From: the human T2T-CHM13v2.0 reference genome, Homo sapiens
Direction: 5' to 3' (one strand)
Length of the DNA stretch: 64,000 nucleotides
Assembly (NCBI RefSeq): GCF_009914755.1
Contig: NC_060931.1
How positions within the stretch are numbered: position 1 is the first letter of the stretch; every line of letters begins with the position of its first letter. Below, one piece after another: positions 15,204 to 28,482 of the stretch. Below the pieces are notes generated by a model. The model was not told the origin of the DNA. It did not search any database and was given only the letters and a program-made list of their open reading frames with translations. A program made the position numbers and the translations under genes.

Positions 15204-15247
15204 GTAGGGCTGGTGCTGACCCGGCACAGCGGGGAGCCTGGGAAGCT

Positions 15248-16940
15248 GAGGTGTGGAGATAATGGTGAAGGTGGGGAGGTGATGACAGAAGTGGGGAAGG
15301 GATGGATGGAGGTGGGGAAAGAATGGGGGTGTGGAGGTAATGGTGAAGGTGGGGAAGTGATGATGGAAGTGAGAAGGTGATAGGTGGAGGCGAGGAGGTG
15401 ATAGTGGAGGTGATGGTGGAGGTGAGGAGGGGATAGTGGAGGTGGGGAGGTGATGATGGAGGTGTAGAGGTGATGGTGAAGGTGAGGAGGTGATGATGGA
15501 GGGGTGGAGGTGATGGTGGAGGTGATGGCGGAGGTGAAGGGGTGATGATGGAGATGAGGTGATGGTGGAGGTGAAGGGGTGATGGTGGAGGTGGGGAGGT
15601 GATGGTGGAGGTGAAAGGGTGATGATGGAGGTGTGGAGGTGATGGTGGAAGCGTGGAGGTGATAGTGGAGGTGTGGAGGTGAAGGGGTGATGGTGAAGGT
15701 GTGGAGGTGATGGTGGAGGTGAGGAGGTGATGGTGGAAGTGTGGAGGTGATGGTGGAGGTGGGGAGGTGATGGTGGAGGTTAGGAGGTGATGGTGGATAT
15801 GGGGAGGTGATGGTGGATGTGTGGGGGTGATAGTGAAGGTGAGGAGGTGATAGTGGAAATGTGGAGGTTATGGTAGAGGTGGGGAGGTGATGGTGGAGGT
15901 GGGGAGGTGATGGTGGAGGGGGGAGGTGATGGTGGAGGTTAGGAAGTGATGGTGGAGGTGAGGAGGTGATGGTGGAGGTGAGGAGGTGATGGAGGTGGGA
16001 AGGTGATGGTGGAGGCGGGGAGGTGATAGTGGAAGTATGGAGGTGACATTGGAGGTGAGGAGGTGATAGTGGAGCTGTTGAGGTGATGGTGGAGGTGTGG
16101 AGGTGATGGTGGAGGTGGGGAGGTGATAGTGGAAGTGTGGAGGTGATGGTGGAGGTGTGGAGGTGATGGCGGAGTTGGAGAAGTGATGATGGAAGTGAGG
16201 AGGTGATAGTGGAGGTGTGGGGGTGATGGTGGAGGTGGGGAGGTGATGGTGGAGGTATGGAGGTGATAGTGGAGGTGTGGAGGCGATATTGGAGTTGTGG
16301 AGATGATGGTGGAGGTGGGAAGGTGATGGTGGAGGTGGGGAGGTGATAATGGAAGTATGGAGGTGATTTTGGAGGTGAGGAGGTGATAGTGGAGGTGTAG
16401 AGGTGATGGTGGAGGTGGGGGGTGATAGTGGAAGTGTGGAGGTGGTGGTGGAGGTGTGGAGGTGATGGCAAAGTTGGAGAAGTGATGATGGAAGTGAGGA
16501 GGTGATAGTGGAGGTGTGGGGGTGATGGTGGAGGTGGGGAGGTGATGGTGGAGGTGTGGAGGTGATAGTGGAGGTGCGGAGGTGATATTGGAGGTGTGGA
16601 GGTGATGGTGGAGGTGGGAAGGTGATGGAGGTGGGGAGGTGATAATGGAAGTATGGAGGTGATTTTGGAGGTGAGGAGGTGATAATGGAGGTATGGAGGT
16701 GATGATGGAGGTGCGGGGGGTGATAGTGGAAGCATGGAGGTGATGGTGGAGGCGTGGAGGTGATGGCGAAGTTGGAGAAGTGATGATGGAAGTGAGGAGG
16801 TGATAGTGGAGGTGTGGGGGTGATGGTGGAGGTGGGGAGGTGATGGTGGATGTGATGGTGGAGGTGAGTAAACTGATGATGGAAGTGAAGAGGTGATGGA
16901 GGAGGTGAGGTGATGGTGCAGGTGGGGAGATAGGGGGAGT
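15248..16940. repeat. G-rich VNTR, 20-bp unit AGGTGATGGTGGAGGTG(T/G/A)GG, about 85 copies, with ~300-bp higher-order repeat
   Basis: 20-nt register is clear at 16021-16420. The rare variant gttggagaag recurs at 16174, 16473 and 16771. Confidence 0.95.
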
Positions 16941-17249
16941 GTGGACAAAGGGTCTCAGTTGTGAAGGGAGGAGAGGGCAGATGTGGTCAGGAGGTTCAGG
17001 TGGACATCTGCCTAGCAGGGAAACAGGTCCTACGTGTAGGGGGCTCTTGGCTTCTTGGGTGATGCATGTTACAGTTATCTTTCCAATTTCTTATTTCAGT
17101 ATTCTTACACTTCCTCTGTTGACTGGAGAGGGTAAAAAATCTGTCCCTAAACCTGGCTTTGAGCAGTGACATTTTGGGCTCAGAATTTGCCATGTCAGAA
17201 TAGTAGCTGAGCATTATGCTAGTTGTTGCTGGGTCTGGTATATGTGTGC

Positions 17250-18170
17250 TCTTCTGTCTTACTCTGTTCATTTCATGACAGCCCTAGGAGGAAGGGATTG
17301 TTCCCATTTTATAGGTGAGGAAACTAAACCTTCAAAGTGAACCAACTTGCTTTAGACACTCTGAGGTTTGCTTGTTTTTTTTTTTTTTAAAGATTCTGTT
17401 TAAAAGTATTTATTTTATTAAATTGTGGATTCCACTTAAAAATACTTTTCATGCAAGTATAGTGTGCTTAGAATGGTTTGAGTGTTGCCTATTTGGGATT
17501 AATGCTTTACATAAATATCACTCAGGTAGGAGATGGTGTTTGAGGGACCTGAAACACTTTTCCTTTTCTGCTGTTTTTTGCTGGTTCTTCTGGATGTTGG
17601 TGTCAGGCCTCACTGCCCATTTGGCCTCTGAAGACACAAAAGGTCAATAGAAACTCTCAGTCCTTCTTATGTTGAGCACCACAGACTGGGTCCCTGCAAA
17701 CCAACACTCATTCATTGGAAATGAGTTGAGGTTTGTGGGTCCATCAGAGTCAGTCATCCTTGTGTGCCAAGCCAGTATGGCTAATTGCTGTCTGGTTGAG
17801 AGCTCAGCAGTCACTGTTCTGAGCACACGTGTTCACTGCCCATTGTCATGCTATTAAGTAAGGACCAGTGTTGTCCTCCTTCTGCAGAGGAGGATGCTTA
17901 AGCAGTGTGGGGTGAAGGCCCAAGTGGGTGGAAAGTAGCTGAAGAGCCAGCATTTGAGCCCAGCATGACTGCAGAATTTATGCTGAGAACCTCTCTGCTA
18001 GATACTTGGTTCTGTTTAATATCATCATGCTTCTGTGAACTGCTGGCATTGTCACCTCCATTTTATAGATGAGGAAATTTAGGTTCAACAAAGTGAAAGG
18101 TATGCAGGACTCCCTGGCCAGTGAGTGGCAGGCTGGGACAGGAACTGGGATTAGCTGACACTAATATCTG
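17250..18170 (-). mobile_element. Several MIR fragments
   Basis: MIR core words cccattttataggtgaggaaact (~17303) and ccattttatagatgaggaaatttagg (~18058). Confidence 0.6.
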
Positions 18171-18249
18171 CCTTGACTTTTGTCATTTCACTCACTGCCT
18201 CTTGTTACAAAATAAGGACATGACACACTGACCCAGTCCCCTGATGAGA

Positions 18250-21200
18250 AGAACAGACCACCAGAATAATCCCTGGAATACCTCGAGGGGAGCCAGAGCC
18301 TCTCCATACTGCAGGAAAGGCATCAAAAGTCAAGAGCCTTTTGACAGCTAGAGCTGGCAGACATCACTGACCCTTTCCCCTGCTCAGCATAGAGTGAACT
18401 GATGAAGAATCTCAGCTCTAAGCTTCTCTCTGGGGAGAGAAAGAGTCAGTGTGACCACTGCCCCAACTTTTATGGGGCTGCCTGAAGAACAAGCCTCTAT
18501 CTCTCCCCTGGATCTCTTGATAGGTCTTGTACAGTCTGGCCAGGAGAGAACAGAGGTGGTAGTCTGGGGTGATAGATACCATAACTTCCCCCTACTCACC
18601 CCCTTCCCAGCACAGAATGAACAGACAAAAATAACAGCTGCCTGCTTTTCCCTCAGGAGAGAAAGGGTTGGTAAAGCACCAGAATCTGTGGCTGATTGGT
18701 GAGAGTCTCCTCCTGTACAGGACCGGTCCATGAAGATTGGGAGAGGTACCTGCTTTGTCTAAATCTCAGACACCAACACAGAGAGTTAAGGAAAGTTAAG
18801 AACCAGGCAAAGATGTTCCAAACAAAGGAATGAGATAAATATACGGAAACTGACTAATGAAACAGAGTTATATAATTTACCTGATAGACAATTTAAAATA
18901 ACTCCCATAAAGATGCTCATGGAGGACAAAAGAATAATGCATGAACAAAGTGAGAATTTCAACAAAGAAATAGAAAATATTAACAAGTGCCAGAGAGCAT
19001 GGAGCTGAAGACCACAATTACTGAACTGAAAAATTCACTAGAAGGATTCAACAGAAGACTAGATCAAGCAGAATAAAAGATCAGTGAACTGGAAGACAAG
19101 TCACTGCAGTCACTGGAAATAATTCTGATAGAGGGGCAAAAGGAAAAAGGAATGGAAAAGACTGAAGAAAGCTTGAGAAAATTGTGGGAAATCATTAGTG
19201 GACCAATATACACCTTATGGGAGTTACAGAAGAAGAGTGAGCAACAGAACCAGATTGTACACACAACACATACACATTATATATATATTTTCATCATATA
19301 TTACATATATGATGTAAAAATATATCATTAAATATGAATATGTATACACACAATGAAAATTTCCCAAATCTGGTTAAAGAAATGGACATCCAGCTACAAG
19401 AAACTGAGATGACACCAAATAAGATGAATACCCCAAAATTCACACCTAGATACATTTAACCAAATTCTCAAAAGCCAAGGACAAAGGGAGAATTTTGAAA
19501 ACAGAAAGGAAAAAGTGATTTGTCACATACAACAGAACCAGCGTAGGATAATGGATTTTCCAGCAGAAACCTTGCAGGCCAGAAGGGAGTGGGATGATAT
19601 GTTTAAAGTGCTGAAAGAAAATAACTGCTGAGCAAGAATACTATGCCTAGCAAAAGTCTCCATAAAAACATGAAGGAATAAAGACCTTCCCAGACAATTA
19701 AAAGCTGAGGAAGTTCATGACTAAACCTGCCTTACAAGCAAGGCAAAAAGGAGTTCTTACATTGAAATGAAAGGATGCAAAACAACAACACAATAGCATA
19801 AGAAAATACGATACTTATTGGTAAAGTTTTATACATCAACAAATACAAAATACTGTATTACTGTAATTGTAGTGCATAAATCACTTTTTATTCTAGCATA
19901 AAAGTTAAGAAAACAAAAGTATTAAAAATAAATAACTGGAAAGTATGTTAAAATATATACTATATGAATAAATAGAAACTGTGACAACATAAAATAAATT
20001 ATGAAGAAGTTAAAGTGTAGAGTTTCTGTATGTAATTGAACTTAAGTTGTTATCAGCTCAAAATGGACAGTTATAGTTTTTATAATCACTGAGGTAACCA
20101 CAAAGAAAAAAAATGGCTATAGAAACTACACAAAGGAGAAAGAAAAAGGAATCAAAGCACATCAAAGCAAAAACATTAACATAACACAAAGGAATGCAGA
20201 AAGAGAGGAAAACACAAATAAAGAACTCCGAGACTAATAGAATACATTTAACAAAGTTGCAATAGTAAGCCATTCCCTATCAGTACTTAAAGTGTAGATG
20301 GATTAAACTCCCCAGTCAAAACACATAGCATGGCTGAGTGGATAAAAACAAAACCAAAACCAAGCCTAACTATATGCTGTCTATTTAAGGATGTACATAA
20401 ATGGACAGTGAAAGGATGGAAGGAGATAGCTCATACCAATGAGACCCCAAATAGAGCAAAGATGGCTGTGCTTGTATCAGAAAAAAGGGACTTTAAGTCA
20501 AAAACTGCCAGAAGAGACAAGAAGTCTTTATTATGATAAAAGGGTCAGCTCCCAGGAAGATAAAATAATTGTAAATATATATGTATTCAGCATAAAAGCA
20601 CCTAAGTATATAAAACAAGCATTGACAGAACTGTAAAAAGAAATAGACCACAAAACAATAATAATAGGCGACTTCAGTAGTCTATTTTTGATAACAGACA
20701 GAGCATCCAGACAAGATCAAAAAGAAAGCAGAGGATTTTAATAACACTATAGACTAAATAGACCTAACAGACATATAGCGGACATTACAAAACTCAAAAA
20801 GCAGAATACACATTCTTCTCAAGTGCACATGGATCTTTCTCTAGGAAAGGTCATATGTTAAGTCACAGAACAAGTCCTTACAATTTCAAGAATTATATCA
20901 GGTATCTTTTCTGATCACAGAGGGATGAAATTAGAAATTAATGGCAGAAAGAAAACTGAAAAATTCATAAATGTGTTGAAATTAAAAACACATTCTTGAA
21001 CAATTATGGGGTCAAAGAAGAAATAAAAAAGGAAATTAGAAAATACCTCCAGGCTGGGCATGGTGGCTGACACCTGTAAGCCCAGCACTTTGGGAGGCCG
21101 GGGTGGGAGGTTTGCTTTAGGTCAGGATTTCAAGACTAGCCTAGACAACATAGTAAGACCTCATCTCTAAAAGAAAATTTTTAAGTTAGCCAGGCATGGT

Positions 21201-24200
21201 GGCATGCACCTGTAGTCTCAGCTACTCAGGAGGCTGAAGTGGGAGGATTGCTTGTGCCCAGGAGGTTGAGGCTGCAGTGAGCTATGAGCACACCACTCTA
21301 CTCCAGCAGCCTGGGTGACAGAGAAAGACCCTATCTCAACAAAACAAAACAAACAAACAAAAAAACCTGAAAATACCTTCAGACAAAGGAAAATGAAAAC
21401 ACAACATACCCAAACTTATGGGATGGAACAGAAGCAGTAATAAGAGGGAAGTTCATAGCAATAAGTGCTTACATTAAAAAAGAAAGAAGATCTCAAATTA
21501 ACAATATTAACTTTGCACCTCAAGAAGCCACAAAAAAGAAGAACATATTAAGCCCAAAGTTATTAGAATGAAGGAAATAACAGAGATGAGAGCAGAAATA
21601 AATGAAATAGAAAATAAAAAACAATATTAAAAAATCTACAAAACCAAGAGTTGCTTTGTGAAACATTAAATAAGATTTTGACAAGTTCTTAGCTAGACCA
21701 ATAAAAAAAGAGAAGACTCAAATAAAATTGTAAATGAAAGAAGAGATATTATAACTGAGGCCACAAAAATGAAAAAGGATCATAAGAGACTACTGTGAAC
21801 ACCAGCAAACTGTGTAACCCAGGAAATTTTGATAAATGTCAAGAAACATACAACCAACCAAGACTAAGTCATTAAGAAGTAGAAAGTTTGAACAGACCTA
21901 TATATAGTATGGAGATTGAATCAGTTATCAAAACCCAACAACGAAAAGTCCAGGCCCAGATGGTTTCACTGGTAAATTCTACCAAACATTTAAAGAATTA
22001 ATGGCAGTCCTTCTCCAAGTCTCCAAAATTGAAGAGGAGGGAACACTTTGAAACTATGAAGCCAGCATTGTCCTGATACTAAAGGCAAACAAGAACACTA
22101 CAAAAAAAGAAATTATGGGCAAATATCCCTGATAAATATAGATTCAGATTTCCTCAGCAAGATACTATCAAATGCATCCAGGATCACATTAAATGCCTCA
22201 TACACCATGATCAATTGAGATTTATCCCTGGAATGCAAGGATAGTTCAACATGCAAAAATCAATTAGTGTGATAACAACATGTTAAGAGAATACGGAATA
22301 CAAATCATGTGATCATCTCAATAGATGCAGAAAAATATTTGACAAAATTTGACACCCTTTCGTGATAAAAATTCTCAACAAATTAGGATAAAAAATCCCC
22401 TCAACAAAATAAAAGCTATGTATATGACAAGCCCACAGCTATGATCATACTCAATGATGAAAAACAAAAAGCCTTCCCTCTAAAATCAGGAACAAGACAA
22501 TGATATCCACCCTCACCACTTCTGTTCAACATAGTACTGGAAGTCCTGCCCAGAGCAATTAGAGAAGAAAGAACAGCAACAAAAAAAGGCATCCTAAATG
22601 GAAAGGGGAAAACTAGGAAGCAGAAGGAAAACAGGCAACCCACAGGAGGGGCAAGTGAGAGTCTTTCTGCAGCCCACTTTCCCACTGGAGATCCAGGTGA
22701 TGGTAGGGCACCTTGATCCTCCCAAGTTTTGAATCCATCTTAGAAAGCAGCTGGGAGGCTGTAAGCAGGAACTGCTCCAGGGAGGGAACTTGCCCTGGGT
22801 CCCACACCGATTCTGCAACCTATGTGGCTACAGCAAGATGCCATTTTTTAAATCCTAGCTTTTAGCAGAGTGTGCATTGTTTTGGGATCCAGCAGTGCCA
22901 GTCCTAGGCATTCAGGAAATGTGGGCTATTTGCTTGTGGAACTGGAGCAAAGCAGGGGTGGGCTCCTGCAGCTGTAACTGAGAAGCAATCATGGTGTGGT
23001 CTGTAGCCACTGGCACTGGGAAGCAGGCACCACTCCTGGGGCTTAAGCAGGATGTGAATTGCTATGGAGTCTCGGTCTTGAGTTGGGTGCGGGCTTGTAT
23101 GGCCTGGGGCCGAGTTGCAGGCTAGGCATGGACTGCCTAGGTCTGAAGGGTCAGCTGTGATAGGTGGGACTGGGATGAGAGAGGGATGTGTTTACCCCAT
23201 CTGCTGGCCAAGGCTGTGACTGCTGGGGCTGACCCCACTTTCCCCTTGGCAGGACCAAACTCTTAGAATTTGATAAATGAATTCAATCAAGTTGGAGAAT
23301 AGGAAATCAATGTACGAAAATCAGTAGCATTCCCATACACTAATAATGTACTAGCTGAAAAAGAAGTCTAGAAAGCAATGCCAATTACAATAGCTACAAA
23401 AAATAAATTTAACCAAGGATGTAAAAGATTTCTACAATAAAAACTATAAAACAATGATGAAAGATATTGACAAGGACACATAAAAATGGAAAGACATTTC
23501 ACATTCATGGATTGGAAGAATGTTACTAAAATGACTGTAATACCCAAAGTGATCTACAGATTCAGTGCAATCTCTATCAAAGTATCAGTGATGTTCTTCA
23601 CAAAAATAGAAAAAAAATTCCAAAATTCATGTGTTACTACAGAAGACCCTGAATAGCCAAAGCAATCTTGAGCAAAAAGAAGAAAGCTGGAGGCATTACA
23701 TTACCTGGCTTCAAGATATACTACCAAGCTATATTAACTAAAACAGCATGGTACTGGTATAAAAACAGACATATAGACCAATAGAACAGAATAGAGAACC
23801 CAGAAGTAAATCCATGTAATTTTAGCCAACTGATTTTTGACAAAGGTGCCAAGAACATACATTGGGGAAAAGACAATCTCTTCAATAAATGGTGCTGGGA
23901 AAACTGGATATGCATATGCAGAAAATGAAACTAGATCCCTATCTCTTACCATACACAAAAATAAACTCAAAATGGATCAGACATAAATGTAAGACCCAGA
24001 CTATGAAATTTCTGGAAGAAAACATAGTGGAAATACTTCTGGATATTGGTCTGGGCAGATGTTTTATGGCTAAGACCTCAAAAGCACAGGCAATAAGACA
24101 AAAACTAGAGAAATGGGATTATATCAAACTGAAAAGTTTCTGCACAACAAAGGAAACAATCAACAGAGTGAATAGACAACAGAAGGATAGGATAAAACAT

Positions 24201-25245
24201 TTGTAAACTATTCATTTGACAAGGGATTAATATCCAGAATATACAAGGAACTCAATAGCAAGAAAACAAATAATCTGATTTTAAAATGGCAAAGCATCTG
24301 AATAGGCATTTCTCAAAAGAAGACATGCAAATGGCCAACAAGTATATGATAAAATGGTCAGCATCACTAATCATCATGGGAATGCAAATCCAAACCACAA
24401 TGAGAATCATCTCACCCCAGTTAGATTGGCTATTATCAAAAAGACAAAAAAGCAAATACTGATGCGGATGCAGAAAAAAGAGATCTCTTGTACCAGTTGG
24501 TGGGAATGTAAATTAGTACAGCCATTATGGAAAATAGAGTGGAAGTTTCTCAAAAAGCTAAAAATAGAACTATCATATGATCCAGCAATCCCAGTACTGG
24601 GTATATATCCAAAGGGAAATAAACCAGTATGTCAAAGAGATATGTGCTCTCCCTGTTTATTGCAGCACTATTCACAGTAACCTAGATGTGGAATCATCCT
24701 AAGTGTCCAACAGCAGATGAATGGATAGAGAGAATGTGGTATATTTACAGGATGGAATACTATTCAGGCATTAAAAAATGAAATTCTGTCATTTGTGTCA
24801 ACATGGGTGTTCCCAGGGGATGTTATATTAAGTGAAATAAGCCAGTCATTGAAAGATAAATACTGCATAGTCTCACTTTTATATGGAAGCTAAAATAGTT
24901 GATCTCTTAGACGTAGGCAGTGGAATAGTGGTTACTAGAGGCTGGGAAGAGTAGGAGGAAGGAAGCCACAGGGAGAGATTGGTTAATGAGTACAAAATTA
25001 CAGGTAGATAGGAGAAATAAGTTCTATTGTTCTATAGCATGTAGGGTGACTATAGTAAACAATAATTTATTGCAATTTTCAAGTACGTAGAAGAGACGAT
25101 ATTTGAATGTTACCAACACAAAGAAATAATAAAAATTGGAGGTGTTGGATATCCTAATCACCCTGATTTGATAACTGCATGTTGTATACATATATTGAAG
25201 TGTCACACCATAACCCATAAGTATGTACAATTATGTGTCAGTTAA
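18250..25245 (+). mobile_element. Long sense-oriented, decayed L1M/L1MA assembly (5' region, ORF1 ~18790-19790, ORF2 ~20230-24450, 3'UTR to ~25245)
   Basis: L1 peptides appear in the track (MAEWIK...TICCL; [17 protein letters not shown]; [12 protein letters not shown]). Many stops and frameshifts, so it is inactive. Confidence 0.9.
21052..21365 (+). mobile_element. AluJ element inside L1 ORF2
   Basis: J-type words ggaggattgcttg and gctgcagtgagctatga; TSD gaaaatacct(c/t)ca. Confidence 0.9.
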
Positions 25246-25294
25246 TATATATATGTGCATATATACAAATATTTATACAACATACACACACACA

Positions 25295-26575
25295 TATACG
25301 TAACAGAAAAGAAGGAAATCTTGCCATTTTCAACAATATGTATGGAGCTGGAGGACATTACTGTAACCTAAGTAAGAGAAATATCTGCATGATCTCATTT
25401 GTATGTGGAAGTAAAATAGTCAAATTCATAGCAGCAAAGTAGAATGGTGGTTGCTAGGGAAAGGAGGCAGAGGAAAATGGGGTGATGTTGGTAAAAGAAT
25501 ACAAAATTTTAGTTAGGCAGCATGAATAAGTTCTGGAGATCTAACATGCGGCATGGTCACAATATTTAACCATACTGTATTGTATGTTTGAAATTTGCTC
25601 ACATACACGTAGCTATGCAGAAGTAATGGCTATTTTAATTACCTTGATTGTGTCAATTATTTCAACCTATGTAGGTTTATCAAAACATCAAATTGTACAC
25701 CACATATACACATGAGTAAACACAATTTTTATGTCAATGGTATCTCAATAAAGGTGTTAAAAGAAAATGTGTTATGCACATAAAATGAAATGCTGTTAAG
25801 CCTTAAAAAAGGAAATTCTTCAATATGTGACAAAATAGATGAAACTTGAGGACATTATACAAGTGAAATAAGTCAGTTACATAAAGACTAAAATACTGCA
25901 ATATTCCACTTGTATGAGGTATTTAAAATAGTCGAAATCATAGAATTAAAGAGTGTCATTGTGGTTATAGGGTCTTGGGGGAGGAAGAAATGGGGAATTA
26001 CCAGTCAATGGCCATGAAGCTGTAGATATCTGCTGTACAATATTTTACCTATAGTCAACAATAATGTATAGTACACTTTAAAAAGAATTAGTGAACTTGA
26101 TAGCTCGATTATCCAGTGTGAAGAACAGAATGAAAAAAAGGATGAAGAAAATGAAGAGAGTGTCAGGGACTTAAGGGACACCATCAAACTTATCAGTACA
26201 CACATATTGAGAGTCCCACAGGAGAGGAGAAAGAAAAAGGGGCAGAAAGAATATCTGAAGAAATAATGGCCATAAATGTCCCAAAGATTTTGGAAAACGT
26301 TAACCTACACATCCAAGAAGCTGAGTGCACTCCAAGGTGGGTAAACTCAAAAAGACCCACACTGAGACATGTCATTATCAAACTGTCAAAAACTAAAGAT
26401 ATGAGAACAATTTTGAAAGCAGCAAGAGAAAAACGAGTTATCATCTACAAGGGATCTTCAACAAGGTTATCAGCTGATTTTTCATCAGAAACCAGGGAGG
26501 CCAGAAGGCAGTGGAATGGCATGTTCAAAGGTTGAAATAAAAATATAATTCTGTATCCGGCAAAAATCACAAGAG
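25295..26575 (+). mobile_element. Two further L1MA/MB 3'-end fragments (~25295-25765, ~25770-26085) followed by an L1 ORF1 fragment (~26085-26575)
   Basis: Repeated 3'UTR motifs (ggaggacatta, taagttctggagatcta). Track ORF 26266..26535 gives ORF1-like RHVIIKLSK...ILKAAREK...RLSADFSSET...ARRQW. Confidence 0.8.
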
Positions 26576-26799
26576 CAGCACCTGCTGTTACCACCATGCA
26601 GAATCTTCTTCTCCCAGTGTCTGTGTGCCCCTTTCCCCCTCTGCCCTTCTTCAGGACCCCCGTGACCAATCCTAGTTGACAGTACACACAGCTCCATATC
26701 TGACTTCCCTGCTTTTCCATAGTTACATGTGTCACCTTTGATGTTCTCTGCATGTTTGCCCCTTCCCTGAATAGAATGGAGTCTTTCTGAGGGCAGTGA

Positions 26800-27200
<401 letters not shown>

Positions 27201-28370
27201 TGAATTAGAATACTTAAAAATTATTATAAATGATTGTGAACAATCACTGAGCTCTTACTAGGGGCAAGGTATGACCTGGACTCTAGTCTTATTCCCATTT
27301 TACATGGCGGACATGCGGAACGGTTGGATAAGTTGCTGTCAATAGTGGAGCTGGATAGTTCCCTTGGAGTCCAATTCTGAACCCTACTTCCCTCCTGTCC
27401 CTGCCTGCTGGCCCATCTTTGGCGATACACTGTGTTGTGAACAAAATAGGTCATTTTCCTTTACTTTGCGTTTATTTCCTATAGTGGTGCTGGGGGCGTT
27501 CTGGGTTCAGGAAGCCTCAAAGTTAGAGAAAAAGCCAAGAACACTTTGAACAAATGTGAATAAATGATTGGGACCCTGTGGAGAGATATCTTAAAGCTAC
27601 AACATTTTTACAGACAAAAATATATAATTAATTTTTTTCTAATATTTTCAAAGAGCATGTTTTAATATTGCAAGAAGAGATAGGAAACATCTTTTTAAAG
27701 TCTTATTATCTCCAGAAAACATGAAAGTTCTGCCCTGTGGGTAGACACTGTGTCGTTTAGGGCTGCCCCCAGTGCTGTGATAAATAGACACTCAGTACGT
27801 AGAGGCTTTGATGCAAGACAGTGTGTTTCCTGCTCTCATTGCAGACTGAGGGGGCGGCCCCTTTGCCCAGGAATTCGGGGACTCCCTCCCTTTTCATTGT
27901 GAAGCATTGACACCACACTCAGGGCCTGGGAGTTTCTTGCATTCAGCTGGCAGAAGGGGAAAATTAGGATGTGGAGGGGCCCACATGCTGAAAAGCACAT
28001 CACTTCTGCTCGGTGCCGCTGGCCACATCCCAGTCACGTAACCTCCCCAAGAAGGGGAGGCAGGTCTAGTGGAGGGCAGATGGGCTTTCCCTATGTGGTG
28101 TGAGGGGTCAGCATGGGGGATGGCGAGCTCTGAATGGCCTCAGCATTTACTCCCCCAGTGGCCAAGCCTCGGCGTTCTGTGGCTTTTCTGAGCCTCAGTC
28201 TTCTCACCTGTATGATGGGAACCAGGAAGCCTTCATTTCTGGTCTGCATTGAGGAATAAATGGGGTGATTGATTCTACAGTGATTTGGAGATGTAAACAT
28301 CTGTACATCTCTAGGGATTATTTCCTGAGTGACTGGGAGAAGGGCAGCCTGGCACCCCTTTCTCTTGCAG

Positions 28371-28482
28371 CATCCTGTTTGCTGACATCGTGGGTTTCAC
28401 GGGCTTGGCATCCCAGTGCACAGCCCAGGAGCTGGTGAAACTCCTCAATGAGCTCTTCGGCAAGTTCGATGAATTAGCCACG
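28371..28482 (+). CDS. ADCY1: ADCY1 coding exon (probably exon 4), 112 nt: (S)[37 protein letters not shown]
   Basis: Acceptor cccctttctcttgcAG (28369-70) and donor ACG|GTaagt. AG+C across the junction rebuilds a Ser codon. Contains the FADIVGFT motif with the first metal-binding Asp. Confidence 0.97.

Noticed and set aside
15095-16948. 617-aa His/Pro/Ser/Thr ORF as a real gene (extensin- or mucin-like)
   Set aside because: It is the C-rich strand of a 20-bp VNTR that can hardly form stop codons. The period is not a multiple of 3, the start is TTG, and it is antisense to ADCY1.
18250-25245. Active or intact L1
   Set aside because: ORF1 and ORF2 are riddled with stops and frameshifts, interrupted by an AluJ, and lack the RT FADD motif.
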